From Escherichia phage JS98, in sequence record NC_010105.1: a stretch of 64,000 bases of DNA, one strand, 5' to 3'. Position numbers and translations under genes: made by a program. Under the pieces are notes generated by a model that was given only the letters and a program-made list of their open reading frames with translations, was not told the origin of the DNA and searched no databases. Below are positions 26,812 through 37,413 of this stretch, in pieces; position 1 is the stretch's first letter; each line of letters opens with the position of its first letter.

Positions 26812-26949
26812 TCAATTAAAACAGTTATACTTAATTTGTGCTATAAGAATAATCCATCCCATGATTAATGTTGGAATCATTGGAGGAATTGCCACTGCCC
26901 AATAAATGGTAAAGGCAGCCATTATAAGAAATAAAATAATTATCTTCAT
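26812..26949 (-). CDS. small hydrophobic membrane peptide
   Basis: 45-aa ORF not in track; ATGA overlap with imm-like stop. Confidence 0.35.
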   Translation of the reverse strand: MKIIILFLIMAAFTIYWAVAIPPMIPTLIMGWIILIAQIKYNCFN

Positions 26950-27182
26950 TGTTTAACGATAATGATTTGTGCGTTTGATTTACGTTCAGCGACGATAGCC
27001 CAGATTAAAGCCACTACCCAACCAATCATTGTCCATCCTAACAGGAGATTAAGGAAGAAGATTCCGACATTGCTACGAGTGCCTCGCAGAAGAGCTAGAA
27101 TCCATGGTAAAAAGTAACCAATGAACATAATAACCAGAGAACCAAATCCTAAAACACCAGCACTAACGATTAAAGCTTCCAT
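26946..27182 (-). CDS. imm: Imm-like membrane protein (superinfection immunity position)
   Basis: 78 aa, two TM helices; between 42 and 43 as T4 imm. Confidence 0.5.
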   Translation of the reverse strand: MEALIVSAGVLGFGSLVIMFIGYFLPWILALLRGTRSNVGIFFLNLLLGWTMIGWVVALIWAIVAERKSNAQIIIVKQ

Positions 27183-27213
27183 TATAATTTCCTCATGTAG
27201 TTGATAGGAAGGA

Positions 27214-27243
27214 TAATACCACGTTCCATGTGGTATGTAAACA
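27214..27243 (-). promoter_or_regulatory. early-type promoter
   Basis: GTTTAC-N18-TATTAT. Confidence 0.45.
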
Positions 27244-27244
27244 C

Positions 27245-29956
27245 TTAAAAGTCGAACATGTCAAATAATGTGGCTTTTTTCTCGTAGTCGATTTTAGCAG
27301 ACTCAGTAAAACCAGTCAATGGTTTGATAAAGGTCTTTTGGAACAGTACGTTGTAGTCCATCCAACGGAGGACTTGGTCACGAATCTGAATCGGAAGTTC
27401 AATACCTGACGGCCATGCCATACAAGCTTCACCGAACGGGTTGCCTTCTTTAAGTGGCAGTACATATACCTTTTCACCATCAACGATACGAGGCATAGTC
27501 AAATCACCAGCAGAAGCACGCATGTAAGCTAAGCAACCTTTGATGTGGTACGGGCATTTAGAACCAGGGAAACCGCCTTCATTATATTTCTCAATGTTGT
27601 TAGCACTGGATACTGCAGCAATGCTTACATAGTCTAATTCGTTAAATTCTTTATTAAACTGTTTGAAATATTCTTGCAAAGAGGCCTCGCCTTCTTGAAG
27701 CATACGACGGATGCATTCTTTCAGTGCTTTCTGAACCGCTTTAGGTGTACTTGATTTCTGGGTTTCGAGACCCATGATTTTCAAGTGTGGTTCGGCATAA
27801 CGAGTACCTTCCATGTCCCAAACGTTCAGTGCATAACGTTTCTTGCCTGTCCAGAATCCACCAAGACCTTTAGAACCAAGTGGAGGACCAGCGATAGCTT
27901 CTCGGTCCATGAACATCAAGTGCTGTTTATTGTTCATGTATTCACACATCTCACGGAAGCCTGCATCAATAGCTGGTTCCATACGTTCACGTGCAAATTT
28001 ATCTAAGAAGTCAACCCAGTGGTTAGTATCACGGAATTTGTCTTCGCCTACTTTATTGATGATTGCATCAGCCTTAACATAAATGGAGTCGGTATCACCA
28101 TAGAGCACGAACTTCTGGTTTTCGGTCTTACATACGCTATTCAGATATTCGTTAACCTTACGTTCAATCCATTGGAGGGCCATTTGACCAAACAATGTGA
28201 TTGCAGTTGCGTTCCTGAGGTCATAGTAACGGAACCATACGTTACCAAGTGCACCATAAAGGGAGTTGATAAGCAACTTACGGTTAATCTGAGCAGTCAT
28301 ACCTGCGACTTCAGTACGTTCGGCTTTGAACAACATTTCTTTTAAAGAAGATGCTGACAATTTTTTAATCTGGGCTTTGATTTCGTCAGAGAAGTCGAAA
28401 CGATAATCGATATCCAGTGGACTATCAACAGATGGATTAGGATTTTCTAATGCTTCTTTAATTAACTCACCGTTACGTTGAGCTGCAAGCATATAACCTT
28501 TATGTTCTTTACGCTGTAAGAACACCTTCGTGATTTCTGTAGGAATCACACCATCACGGTCTTTATAGTACATCATGCCGTTAGGAGAGCAACTGTAGGT
28601 ATCGCTAGGACGCGGAGCAGTTCCGGCAATATATTCATGTATCGGTGCGTTGGCGAATGTCCCTGCGATGGTCTCTGGGCTTATATTCACTTGACGAATG
28701 ATACTCGGGTACAGAGATGTAAGGTCGAAACTCATTACATATTTGTACGCATTAGGAATAGGTTCCTTAACGAAAGCACCTGGATAAGGTTGAACCGCAT
28801 GCGATTTGGCCTGAGGAATAACTTTACCCTGTTCTTTAAGGCTATTAAAGATAATAGCGTCCCAAGTCTTAATTGGACTGAACACCGACTGAATCTGCAT
28901 CTTGGCATAGTAACCCATGTCCAGACTAAGAAGAATGAACTGGCGTTTCATATCAATCTGCACAACACGATATACGTCGATAATGTTATAGGAAATATAT
29001 CGTTGGTGGTTCGTCTCACGTAACTTGGAGATAGGACCATCATATTTCAACTTACCTACTTTCAATTCATATTCAGAAACATAATCCAGAGAATAAGAAG
29101 GCTGGTTGGTAAAGCTGAATTTTTTATAAAGGTCGATATAATCCAGAACAGAAATACCGAACAGTGTAATAATTTCACGAACACCGTACATATTCTCGAT
29201 AACTTTAACACGAGTCTTACGATGTGGGCTTAATCGCTTAGCAGTGTTCTCACCAAACAGATTTTTCAGACGGTTATAAACGTATGGCACGTCAAATGAT
29301 TCAACGTTCCATCCAGTCAAAATCACAGGAGTTTTCTGTTGCCAGAAATTCAGATACTCAAGCATCATTTCTTCTTCAGAATTAAACGGAAGATAAACGA
29401 TTTTGTCAATGATTTCCTGTGGAACTTCGTCACCACCTTCGTCTTGGAGTTTCTCAGCGATTTTAATCGACCACTCTTTAACTCGCCCATATGGCGAATT
29501 CAGTAAATCAAATACATAGAATTTATCGTCAATCGAGTCGTAGTGAGTAATGGCATCGATAGGATGTTTAGCCTGAGCAGGTTCAGGGAATCCATCAGGA
29601 GATGTTACCTCGATGTCGAAGTTAGCAATACGAATCTTGGAAGAATCATACTTGATTTCTTTACGATAGGTATCAGACAAATAGGCTAATTTATAGTCGT
29701 CCATACCAAGGGCTTCGAGACCCATATCGTCCATGCGCTTCATCCACTGAGAAGCATCACGCATTGAATCGAATTCTTTCTTAACACAGCCCTTACCGTA
29801 GATGTCAATATATTTTACGGCTTGCTCTGGGTTAGCATGCATAAACATTGTAGGCTTGTAAGGAACTTCACGACTACGTTCGTTACCATTTTTATCGATG
29901 TAACGTTCGAGAATATTATCACCGATTTGTTCGACTGTCAAATAGAATTCTTGCAT
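27245..29956 (-). CDS. 43: DNA polymerase gp43 (family B)
   Basis: start re-placed to ATG 29956 (MQEFYLTVEQIGDNILERYID) with SD AAGGAA; collinear with T4 gp43. Confidence 0.95.
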   Translation of the reverse strand: MQEFYLTVEQIGDNILERYIDKNGNERSREVPYKPTMFMHANPEQAVKYIDIYGKGCVKKEFDSMRDASQWMKRMDDMGLEALGMDDYKLAYLSDTYRKEIKYDSSKIRIANFDIEVTSPDGFPEPAQAKHPIDAITHYDSIDDKFYVFDLLNSPYGRVKEWSIKIAEKLQDEGGDEVPQEIIDKIVYLPFNSEEEMMLEYLNFWQQKTPVILTGWNVESFDVPYVYNRLKNLFGENTAKRLSPHRKTRVKVIENMYGVREIITLFGISVLDYIDLYKKFSFTNQPSYSLDYVSEYELKVGKLKYDGPISKLRETNHQRYISYNIIDVYRVVQIDMKRQFILLSLDMGYYAKMQIQSVFSPIKTWDAIIFNSLKEQGKVIPQAKSHAVQPYPGAFVKEPIPNAYKYVMSFDLTSLYPSIIRQVNISPETIAGTFANAPIHEYIAGTAPRPSDTYSCSPNGMMYYKDRDGVIPTEITKVFLQRKEHKGYMLAAQRNGELIKEALENPNPSVDSPLDIDYRFDFSDEIKAQIKKLSASSLKEMLFKAERTEVAGMTAQINRKLLINSLYGALGNVWFRYYDLRNATAITLFGQMALQWIERKVNEYLNSVCKTENQKFVLYGDTDSIYVKADAIINKVGEDKFRDTNHWVDFLDKFARERMEPAIDAGFREMCEYMNNKQHLMFMDREAIAGPPLGSKGLGGFWTGKKRYALNVWDMEGTRYAEPHLKIMGLETQKSSTPKAVQKALKECIRRMLQEGEASLQEYFKQFNKEFNELDYVSIAAVSSANNIEKYNEGGFPGSKCPYHIKGCLAYMRASAGDLTMPRIVDGEKVYVLPLKEGNPFGEACMAWPSGIELPIQIRDQVLRWMDYNVLFQKTFIKPLTGFTESAKIDYEKKATLFDMFDF

Positions 29957-30016
29957 TTCATTTCCTTTATAGACGAGTGATTGTCTTTTGTTTGTTGATG
30001 AATAATTATACTCCAA

Positions 30017-30036
30017 AAAGGGACCGAAGTCCCTTT
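30017..30036 (-). terminator. intrinsic terminator upstream of gene 43
   Basis: aaagggac-cgaa-gtcccttt; minus strand followed by TTTTTGG. Confidence 0.55.
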
Positions 30037-30038
30037 GC

Positions 30039-30254
30039 TTAAATTTCTATTGTCAAACGTTTAATAATCGGATTGCCATCTTCGCCTTTAGTTCTAATCA
30101 TAGCCTGGAAGACTTGCTGACCTGGATGTAGTAACTTATGGAGGTCCTTTTGAAATTCTATTTGGAGCTCTTCGGAAAGGTCAAAAACAGTTTGAGTTGG
30201 TGAAAGCCCGTACACCTCTTTAAGACGTTCACACGTTTCAATTTCAAGAATCAT
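30039..30254 (-). CDS. hypothetical protein
   Basis: start placed at internal ATG (MILEIETC); low support. Confidence 0.3.
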   Translation of the reverse strand: MILEIETCERLKEVYGLSPTQTVFDLSEELQIEFQKDLHKLLHPGQQVFQAMIRTKGEDGNPIIKRLTIEI

Positions 30255-30255
30255 A

Positions 30256-30618
30256 TTAATTACCAATCGTATATTTAGACAGCAGTTCCCAGTCATTTTT
30301 CTGTTTAAAGGAAATGACACGGAAATTATTAGTAATTTCGAACAATTCAGAATCGTCTACAATATCAATAAGTCCCCAATCCTTAAGAAGCTGGGCTATA
30401 GAATCACGGCGTTGATAGTCTTCACCATCGATATCTACCTGGCGGCCGTCCATACGCAACATCTCTTTAAAGTGGACAATATAATACCGTCCTTGCTTTT
30501 GCAAAATATGACAGGATTGATATAGTTTCTTTTCTTTATTATTAGCGATACCCATACGAGTTAGGGTCTCTTTCACTTTCAAGAAGTCTTCAGGTTGTTT
30601 CAGAGTAATTTCAATCAT
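30256..30618 (-). CDS. regA: translational repressor RegA
   Basis: 120 aa; MIEITLKQPEDFLKVKETLTRMGIANNKEK near-identical to T4 RegA as recalled. Confidence 0.9.
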   Translation of the reverse strand: MIEITLKQPEDFLKVKETLTRMGIANNKEKKLYQSCHILQKQGRYYIVHFKEMLRMDGRQVDIDGEDYQRRDSIAQLLKDWGLIDIVDDSELFEITNNFRVISFKQKNDWELLSKYTIGN

Positions 30619-30624
30619 TTTAAT

Positions 30625-31197
30625 TTACCATTCCAATGCTTTCTTTTTCAAGTCTTTTTGTTCTTTCACATTTTTAGTTACGGATTTCAGGAACTCGTCC
30701 GTAACCAACCCTTTCATCTTCTTAAGCATTGCCGGAAGATGGCCTTTAATTTTATAAGTCTCGAGATAACGATAAGCGTCATCATTATTAATTGAATGGT
30801 ATTTCATCAATAAACGAGTAATAAAAACTACACTAACTTCATCATCATGGGCCTTAGCCCATTTACCAAATCTCTTACCCTTAGGAACAGCATGTAAAAG
30901 ATAATTGAAGTGACTTTGGTCGTCAAGTTTAAGACAGTTAACCATCGCGGCTTGCATAATGCAATCTACGTGTTGGCTCAAACTATTATCTAGCCAAAAT
31001 TGATTGTAGTTTTCTGATTGAGCCAAGTTACGTTGTTTTTTACCATATGTGATATCGTTCATAATGGCAAACAATTCGTTTTCAGCCTTTTCTTTAAATG
31101 AATCGGCTAAGGCTTGAATAGCAGCGTCGTTACGTTGTTTCCAAGCAACTTCATGTTCATTCAGTTCAACGTCATCATCAAAAAGACTTATAGCCAT
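30625..31197 (-). CDS. 62: clamp loader small subunit gp62
   Basis: 190 aa; between regA and 44. Confidence 0.75.
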   Translation of the reverse strand: MAISLFDDDVELNEHEVAWKQRNDAAIQALADSFKEKAENELFAIMNDITYGKKQRNLAQSENYNQFWLDNSLSQHVDCIMQAAMVNCLKLDDQSHFNYLLHAVPKGKRFGKWAKAHDDEVSVVFITRLLMKYHSINNDDAYRYLETYKIKGHLPAMLKKMKGLVTDEFLKSVTKNVKEQKDLKKKALEW

Positions 31198-32147
31198 TGG
31201 AGCTCCAGAGCAAGTTGGATAAACAGATAAGTCAGGTGAATTTCTGGGTTGGCAGCAATACCGTGGTATTGGTTATTTTCACCGACGATTTCATACATTC
31301 TAACAATGCTTGGTCCAGGCAATTTACCATAGAGTTCGTTAGCCAATGTCATAATAAAGTTGGCATAATCATTGACATGGCGTGGAGCTAATGCACGGAG
31401 TTCTTTAAAGTTTTTATCTTTCAGTGCAGCCACTACTTCATCAATAGGCGAATTGGTATTCATTACAATACTCAAAATGCCTGTATCGATTTTACCACTT
31501 GAGGAATAACGGTCTAGTTGGTTAACTGTTTTACGGAAGTCAGGGAAGTTTTGTTTAACTAAAGCAGCAATAACTTTAAGGTCTTCGACTTCGATATTTT
31601 CGTTTTTACAAATTGCTACTGCACGATGAATCATTTCTTTCATCATGGCTGTTTGGTCAGCTGGAGTGGCTTCACCAAATTTAATTACACGACAACGGGA
31701 TTGAAGTGGACCGATGATACCATCAATATTGTTTGCTGTAATAATTACAGAACAGTTTGAGGAATAGGCCTCTAAGAATGAACGAAGGTGGCGTTGAGCT
31801 TCAGCAACACCAGCACGGTCGAATTCGTCAATAACAATTACCTTACGTTTACCTTCGATAGATTTAGAAGATGCAAAACGAGTAAGTTCGTTACGAACGA
31901 AATCAATACGACAGTCGGAACCGTTAACAAACAACATGTCTGAATTTGTATCAGCACACAATGCTTTAGCCACGGTAGTTTTACCTGTGCCTGGTGAAGC
32001 AGAGACTAGGATAATGTTAGGGATTAGGCCCTTATTAACAATAGCTTGGAGAGTTTCTTTATCATGAGCAGGCAGAATACATTCAGATAAAGTACCTGGA
32101 CGATATTTCTGTTCCCACATGAATTCATTATTATTTACTGTAAGCAT
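31188..32147 (-). CDS. 44: clamp loader large subunit gp44 (AAA+)
   Basis: 319 aa; Walker A SPGTGKTT, Walker B VIVIDEFD. Confidence 0.9.
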   Translation of the reverse strand: MLTVNNNEFMWEQKYRPGTLSECILPAHDKETLQAIVNKGLIPNIILVSASPGTGKTTVAKALCADTNSDMLFVNGSDCRIDFVRNELTRFASSKSIEGKRKVIVIDEFDRAGVAEAQRHLRSFLEAYSSNCSVIITANNIDGIIGPLQSRCRVIKFGEATPADQTAMMKEMIHRAVAICKNENIEVEDLKVIAALVKQNFPDFRKTVNQLDRYSSSGKIDTGILSIVMNTNSPIDEVVAALKDKNFKELRALAPRHVNDYANFIMTLANELYGKLPGPSIVRMYEIVGENNQYHGIAANPEIHLTYLFIQLALELQWL

Positions 32148-32208
32148 ATTAATTTCCTCAGGTTTGTTTTTACATTATACTCCAAGGGAGGAAATTCCTC
32201 CCTATGCT

Positions 32209-32907
32209 TTAGAACGAGTGGCTTGAGCCTGCTTCCATAGCTAATACATAAGAAGCTTGTGTACCTTCAAACTTAGCTGCAAATCGAGCATCCTGACCTT
32301 CACCGCGTGCCCATAACAACACATGATAATCGGCTGGCATCATTTTCATATTGGTTTTGTTAATGATGAACTTAAAGTCAGGACCATCATGGTCAGCCAC
32401 GACCAGAGAATACAATGGACGAGTTAATTCTTTATCGTCGACTTGTTTATAACCATTGATAACAATTTTACCATCGTCTACAGTGATTGCAAATGTATCA
32501 ATACTCAGACCAGAGGACACACGCATCAACTGTTGATAATCTTCGGCTTTCAAATCGAAAATAACTTCAGCCACAGGGAACGGAATAGCTTTACTTGGGA
32601 ATGCGATTGTGCTTGGGTCAGCAATAGGCCACTTAATTGTTGAACGTTGGTCTTTAATAATTAATGTGGTTTGGTCTTCACTTACCGAAACTTCAGCACT
32701 TTCTGATACCAAAGACAGAATACTTAAGAAGCCATTCAAATCATAGATTGCCGCTTCGATATCGAAGGTATCACTTACAGTGGCTTCACCATAACTTGCA
32801 CCGGTAACAGATCGGGTCAGAATGGTGTTACCTGGTTTAAGCATAATGCCTGGGTTAATACCGGAGAAGTTTTTAAGAATGTTCAGGGTTTCTTTAGAGA
32901 ATTTCAT
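32209..32907 (-). CDS. 45: sliding clamp gp45
   Basis: 232 aa; collinear with T4 gp45 as recalled. Confidence 0.9.
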   Translation of the reverse strand: MKFSKETLNILKNFSGINPGIMLKPGNTILTRSVTGASYGEATVSDTFDIEAAIYDLNGFLSILSLVSESAEVSVSEDQTTLIIKDQRSTIKWPIADPSTIAFPSKAIPFPVAEVIFDLKAEDYQQLMRVSSGLSIDTFAITVDDGKIVINGYKQVDDKELTRPLYSLVVADHDGPDFKFIINKTNMKMMPADYHVLLWARGEGQDARFAAKFEGTQASYVLAMEAGSSHSF

Positions 32908-32931
32908 AATGTTTCCTTATCAAGTCAAAAA

Positions 32932-33393
32932 TTAAGCAATAACGATCATTTGTTTACGAATGGATTCAGGCAGAGATTCAATATACTCTGGAATCTGGGA
33001 AGCAACAATAGCACCGGCTTCAAGCAACTGCTCATCAGGGTCGACGCAATAATCATCTTCTAAACGTTCAGAACCGTCGCGGTCGATAACAAGTTTAGCA
33101 CCTGCAGCCAGTGAATCATTATAATGGCGACGCATAATTTCTACCCACTTATCAGATACGTCGTTATCAATAATACCGTAGAGCATGAACTTAGTTTCTT
33201 GTGGAAGAGACTGCAATCGACGTGCGGAGTTGGTATCAATATTCAGTACCCATGATTTACGGATACGGTTCTGATTATGTGGGTTGGAATCAGTACGGAT
33301 GGTTTTAACTTGGATATCTTTAACGGTAACGCCATTAGAAGTAGCAAACATAATATTTTCTCTCATTTGGTTGGTAAATGTATTATAAATCAA
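32932..33393 (-). CDS. hypothetical protein (rpbA position)
   Basis: 153-aa ORF between 45 and 46; start uncertain. Confidence 0.4.
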   Translation of the reverse strand: MIYNTFTNQMRENIMFATSNGVTVKDIQVKTIRTDSNPHNQNRIRKSWVLNIDTNSARRLQSLPQETKFMLYGIIDNDVSDKWVEIMRRHYNDSLAAGAKLVIDRDGSERLEDDYCVDPDEQLLEAGAIVASQIPEYIESLPESIRKQMIVIA

Positions 33394-33407
33394 TATTTTA
33401 AAGCAAT

Positions 33408-33599
33408 TTAATCAAAGTACTCGTAGACAAACCATGCTGGATTTCTATTTGACATGATTGTAACATATTCTGACTTAAAAGCATTTTGGAGATAATCTTC
33501 AGTAACAAGATGTTCGTCTCCAGAGAAGTTGTTAACTAAAACATATCTCTTTATTTCCGGGGCGGCCAACAAATGCTGGCCTGTTATAAAATCACTCAT
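33408..33599 (-). CDS. hypothetical protein (45.2 position)
   Basis: 63 aa; ATGA overlap with gp46 stop. Confidence 0.4.
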   Translation of the reverse strand: MSDFITGQHLLAAPEIKRYVLVNNFSGDEHLVTEDYLQNAFKSEYVTIMSNRNPAWFVYEYFD

Positions 33600-35278
33600 T
33601 CCATCACCGTGAATCGTCCAACTTTCTTCATTTGAAGATGTTGGCCATAAGCTTGTGGGTCATGGTCTCGGTGAGAGATAATGAACACGTTCGTATCCTC
33701 AAGGCTATTCAAGATGGTTGCAATGCTCTTAACGCCTTCAGCGTCAGTTGCACTGTCAAATACCTCATCAAGAATCAGTGTGGATATATTAACACCTGAT
33801 ACCCTAGAAGCAATATCACGCCATGTAAAAAGAAGTGCGATATCAATACGTGCTTTCTCACCCTGTGAAAATGAAGCATAACTAAAGTCTTCACGTCCAC
33901 GTGATTTAATCGTCTCATTGAATTCTTCGTCTAGGGTAAAGACGTAGTCCGCTTCCATAATCTTCAAATAAGAATTAATCTGCTTATTAAAGATAGGAAT
34001 GTATTTCTTAATAATGGAACCTTTAATACCGGTATCCTTCAACATTTCTGTCAGAATTCCACGATGATATTTTTCCATTACCAAGGACGATTTGGTAGAG
34101 ACGATTTTATCAAGCTCTGCTTGAAGCGCAGCAATCTCTTCGGCATTACTTACGAACTCAGCTGCTGCCTGGTCAATTAATACCTTAACCTTTTTAGCTT
34201 TCTCTACAGCAGTAATGGCTTGCTGTTTATGAGTAGCTATCTGAGATTTAATAGCCAACGCTTTATTGCGTTGTTCTGCTACTTGGTCTTTAATGAGCTT
34301 GAGCTCTTGGTACTGCTCATTAATCTTATCCAAAGATTTTTGAAGCTCAAAGTTTTTATCCTTAATTTTAGTAAGGATATTACCATGCTCTTCTAACCCT
34401 TGCATACACGTAGGGCAGTGACCACCGGTTTCGTATAACTTAACTACCTTTGTAAAGGTTGCCATATCATTTTTGATTGCAAATCCTTTATTACTCAGGT
34501 CACTCATGGAGTCGCTAGGGTCATCATCTACGATAACATTGAGTAATTCATCAGTCAGGGATTCTATGCTCGCCTTCGCAGTCCTGGCTTCTTTAACGAG
34601 CTCATCATACATTAATTGTAGACGGGCTGCGTTCTCACCAGATAATTTACGTTGACGTTCTTCGTTGTCGTTATAAATTTTAATTTGTTGGGTAATAGAA
34701 TCTTGCTTAACGTCTATTACTTGGATTTGGCTATTAGTCTCACGAATCAAAGATTTATTCAACTTATCCATATCCGCTAATACAGAAACCTCTAAGAGGT
34801 CTTCGACGAGTTTTCTTCTTGCAGGAGTGGATAGGCCCATAAAAGGGGTATATCCAGCTGTGCCGAGTACGACAATTTGTTTGAAGCTTGCATAGGACAT
34901 TCCGATAAGCTGTTCAAATTCCGCTTGGAAGTCTTTACTGCTGGCAGATTCATCAAGACGTTCACCGTCACAAGAGATTTCAAAAACGTTGGGTTTTTGC
35001 CCGCGTTTGATATAGTATTCTTTGCCATCATATTCCATCCACAGTTCGACCAAAAGGTCTTTCTTGTTACTTGAGTTAATCAACTGCCCTTTCTTAACAT
35101 CGCGAAAAGGCTTACCAAACAGAGCAAATGTTACAGCTTCAAGGAATGTTGATTTCCCTGCACCATTTTTACCAGTGACTAAGGTCTTTTGGACCTTGTC
35201 AAGTTGGATTGTAATAGGCTGCTGCCCTACCGACATAATATTTTTATACGTTACTTTCTTAAGCTTAAACGTTTTCAT
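33596..35278 (-). CDS. 46: recombination nuclease subunit gp46 (SbcC/Rad50-like)
   Basis: 560 aa; Walker A GKNGAGKST, signature SQGEKARIDIALLF; collinear with T4 gp46. Confidence 0.92.
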   Translation of the reverse strand: MKTFKLKKVTYKNIMSVGQQPITIQLDKVQKTLVTGKNGAGKSTFLEAVTFALFGKPFRDVKKGQLINSSNKKDLLVELWMEYDGKEYYIKRGQKPNVFEISCDGERLDESASSKDFQAEFEQLIGMSYASFKQIVVLGTAGYTPFMGLSTPARRKLVEDLLEVSVLADMDKLNKSLIRETNSQIQVIDVKQDSITQQIKIYNDNEERQRKLSGENAARLQLMYDELVKEARTAKASIESLTDELLNVIVDDDPSDSMSDLSNKGFAIKNDMATFTKVVKLYETGGHCPTCMQGLEEHGNILTKIKDKNFELQKSLDKINEQYQELKLIKDQVAEQRNKALAIKSQIATHKQQAITAVEKAKKVKVLIDQAAAEFVSNAEEIAALQAELDKIVSTKSSLVMEKYHRGILTEMLKDTGIKGSIIKKYIPIFNKQINSYLKIMEADYVFTLDEEFNETIKSRGREDFSYASFSQGEKARIDIALLFTWRDIASRVSGVNISTLILDEVFDSATDAEGVKSIATILNSLEDTNVFIISHRDHDPQAYGQHLQMKKVGRFTVME

Positions 35279-35499
35279 GTATTGTTCTCACGAATTGTTT
35301 GTTCAGCATATTCTAGCATTTCTTCGGAAGAAGCAAACACGTCGTCAAGTTCCATGGCCCATGAAACACCTTCAGAATATTCAGAAGTGACATACATAGT
35401 TCCGGTATACCAAGAACCATCCACGTCCCATTCTACATTACCGAACCAGCCATCGCCAATATGAAAATCATGTTTATACATTTTCATCATTATAAGCAT
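35275..35499 (-). CDS. hypothetical protein (46.1 position)
   Basis: 74-aa ORF. Confidence 0.4.
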   Translation of the reverse strand: MLIMMKMYKHDFHIGDGWFGNVEWDVDGSWYTGTMYVTSEYSEGVSWAMELDDVFASSEEMLEYAEQTIRENNT

Positions 35500-35737
35500 C
35501 CTTGATGCATGATTCAGCCATATGAATTAATGTTTCTGGAGTATCATCTACCATTACATTAAAGCTAAATTCTACAGCCCAATCGGTAGCAACATAAACT
35601 TTAATAAGCTCGCAGGTATCACGAGTGCTCACGGCTTCAAACCAGAACTTAATTGTACTAGGTTGGCCATCATCGTCAATAACTATACAGTCGTGTTCCA
35701 GTTCAAGTCCTGATTTTTTGAATTCATCTAAAGTCAT
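35474..35737 (-). CDS. hypothetical protein (46.2 position)
   Basis: 87 aa; ATGA overlap with gp47 stop. Confidence 0.4.
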   Translation of the reverse strand: MTLDEFKKSGLELEHDCIVIDDDGQPSTIKFWFEAVSTRDTCELIKVYVATDWAVEFSFNVMVDDTPETLIHMAESCIKDAYNDENV

Positions 35738-36756
35738 CGTGTAACCTCATTATAAAGTTGTGCGGTCATAGTCTTAAGGGCTTTAACATCTTCTTCAGTG
35801 TGGCCATCAGGAAGGGCGTCGATATAATCATACATCATATCCAAGAGGGATTTAACTTCATCTTCCTCTTCAGAATCATCGATATCAACACTATTATCTA
35901 CCTTAGACACGATACGTAAAGAGTGAACAACCTTTTCAAGCTCTGATTCGAACTTAGTAAGGCCGTCATCGATTTTATCGACTATAACACGAACTGCGAT
36001 ATTTGTAAAATCTTTGTAATCGATAGTCGCATTAGGATAATGAATCTTACGATGCCAACAGGTTTCATTAATGATGAAATCCATTTTATGAGTTTCGGTA
36101 TCGAAAATCCAGAAACCACGAGGGTCGTTCTCATCACCTGCAGTCAGGGTCCATGGAGTACCAATGTACTTAACGTTTGCTGCATCAGAAATAGTGTGGA
36201 AGTGGCCTGACCAAACTTGCTTATACTTTTTAAGGAAATCAGGTTCTAAACCATGGGATTTCATTCCTTTATAGAAATAGAAACCATTTAATTCCCAATG
36301 ACCAACACAGAAATCTGCTGTAGTATTTTTGATATGGTCCATGATATCAGTCGTGTTTTCTTCACACATCCATGGAATCAAATCAATTTCGGTGCCATCA
36401 AAGTTAACCGTAGTAGGTTTTTCAATAACCTTGATATGGTCATATTTACCCAGAACTTCAGAAGCTGCGTTAGGAGTCAAGGTATTTTTGTAGTGCATAT
36501 CATGATTACCAACAATGGTATACATGGTAATGCCATTAGCTTTAAGCAAATCAGAGATTTCGCGAGCGAATTCCATACACTTATGGGTAATTGCTTTACG
36601 AACGTCAAAGATATCGCCGTATTGAATCCATACGGTAATACCATTTGCTTTAGAATAATCAATAGCGTCTTGGATACCTTGACGTTGGATATTTTGTACC
36701 CACACATCATCGGCCTTCACTCCAAGGTGCCAGTCACCTGTGTTTAATATTTTCAT
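35734..36756 (-). CDS. 47: recombination nuclease subunit gp47 (SbcD/Mre11-like)
   Basis: start re-placed to ATG 36756 (MKILNTGDWHLG); track start 36783 is TTG; ATGA overlap with upstream small ORF. Confidence 0.9.
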   Translation of the reverse strand: MKILNTGDWHLGVKADDVWVQNIQRQGIQDAIDYSKANGITVWIQYGDIFDVRKAITHKCMEFAREISDLLKANGITMYTIVGNHDMHYKNTLTPNAASEVLGKYDHIKVIEKPTTVNFDGTEIDLIPWMCEENTTDIMDHIKNTTADFCVGHWELNGFYFYKGMKSHGLEPDFLKKYKQVWSGHFHTISDAANVKYIGTPWTLTAGDENDPRGFWIFDTETHKMDFIINETCWHRKIHYPNATIDYKDFTNIAVRVIVDKIDDGLTKFESELEKVVHSLRIVSKVDNSVDIDDSEEEDEVKSLLDMMYDYIDALPDGHTEEDVKALKTMTAQLYNEVTR

Positions 36757-36896
36757 AAGCCGAGCACCGTTATCGCAATGCAAAATAAAATTATTGAGAT
36801 GAACCCATCAGGAGTAGAAAAGAATCCTATCCAACAGGCTCGTGTGAATGTGTAGAATGCCATGAATAACACGACATATCCTAAAAGTAATTCCAT
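36753..36896 (-). CDS. small membrane peptide
   Basis: 47-aa ORF not in track; SD GAGGAGA; stop overlaps gp47 ATG. Confidence 0.4.
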   Translation of the reverse strand: MELLLGYVVLFMAFYTFTRACWIGFFSTPDGFISIILFCIAITVLGL

Positions 36897-36916
36897 ATGT
36901 TCTCCTCAGTTGGTTC

Positions 36917-36940
36917 ATTTTATCATCCGAATATAAAGCA
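36917..36940 (-). promoter_or_regulatory. middle (MotA-box) promoter
   Basis: minus strand TGCTTTA-N11-TAAAAT. Confidence 0.45.
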
Positions 36941-36942
36941 AA

Positions 36943-36962
36943 AAAGGAGCCTAAGCTCCTTT
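36943..36962 (-). terminator. intrinsic terminator
   Basis: aaaggagc-ctaa-gctccttt; minus strand followed by TTTTTTGC. Confidence 0.5.
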
Positions 36963-37212
36963 ACCAATTAATACACCATACAGAGGTTCATGAGAAGACC
37001 TGAACTTGATAGGCTTATAGGTAATAGTACCTTCATTTTCCGCTTTAATACGAGCAGCTTCAAATTTAAGTATCATCTCATTTTTGTCAGATTTAATCTT
37101 ATCAAAATCCATCGAATTCGTCATTCATAAAACCTCTTAAACTTTTTCGTATTCGTCATTCATAGCTTAAAAATCCGGATGTTCGTCTTTCATTAGCCAC
37201 CTGTCCATGTTA

Positions 37213-37413
37213 TCATCGTTGCCACCACTTCTTAAGTTGATGTGAATCCACCCAAACCTTGGCTACAGGCTCAATCCGAAAAATTTCATCGGAATACTGC
37301 CCAACCATTTTATATTCGGTTTCAGTCTGCTTAATACAAATATTACCGTATGAGCGAAGTCTGAAGGCGGCTCCAATAAGAAGCCGTTTAAAGGGTTTAT
37401 TTACTAGCGCCAT
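37213..37413 (-). CDS. hypothetical protein
   Basis: start placed at internal ATG 37413; weak. Confidence 0.3.
   Translation of the reverse strand: MALVNKPFKRLLIGAAFRLRSYGNICIKQTETEYKMVGQYSDEIFRIEPVAKVWVDSHQLKKWWQR

Noticed and set aside
36757-36783. N-terminal extensions in the ORF track (gp47 to 36783, gp43 to 30016, 18548-18877 and others)
   Set aside because: The first codon at several track starts is TTG or GTG, or the start lacks an SD; internal ATGs with an SD or ATGA coupling, matching T4 N-termini, were preferred
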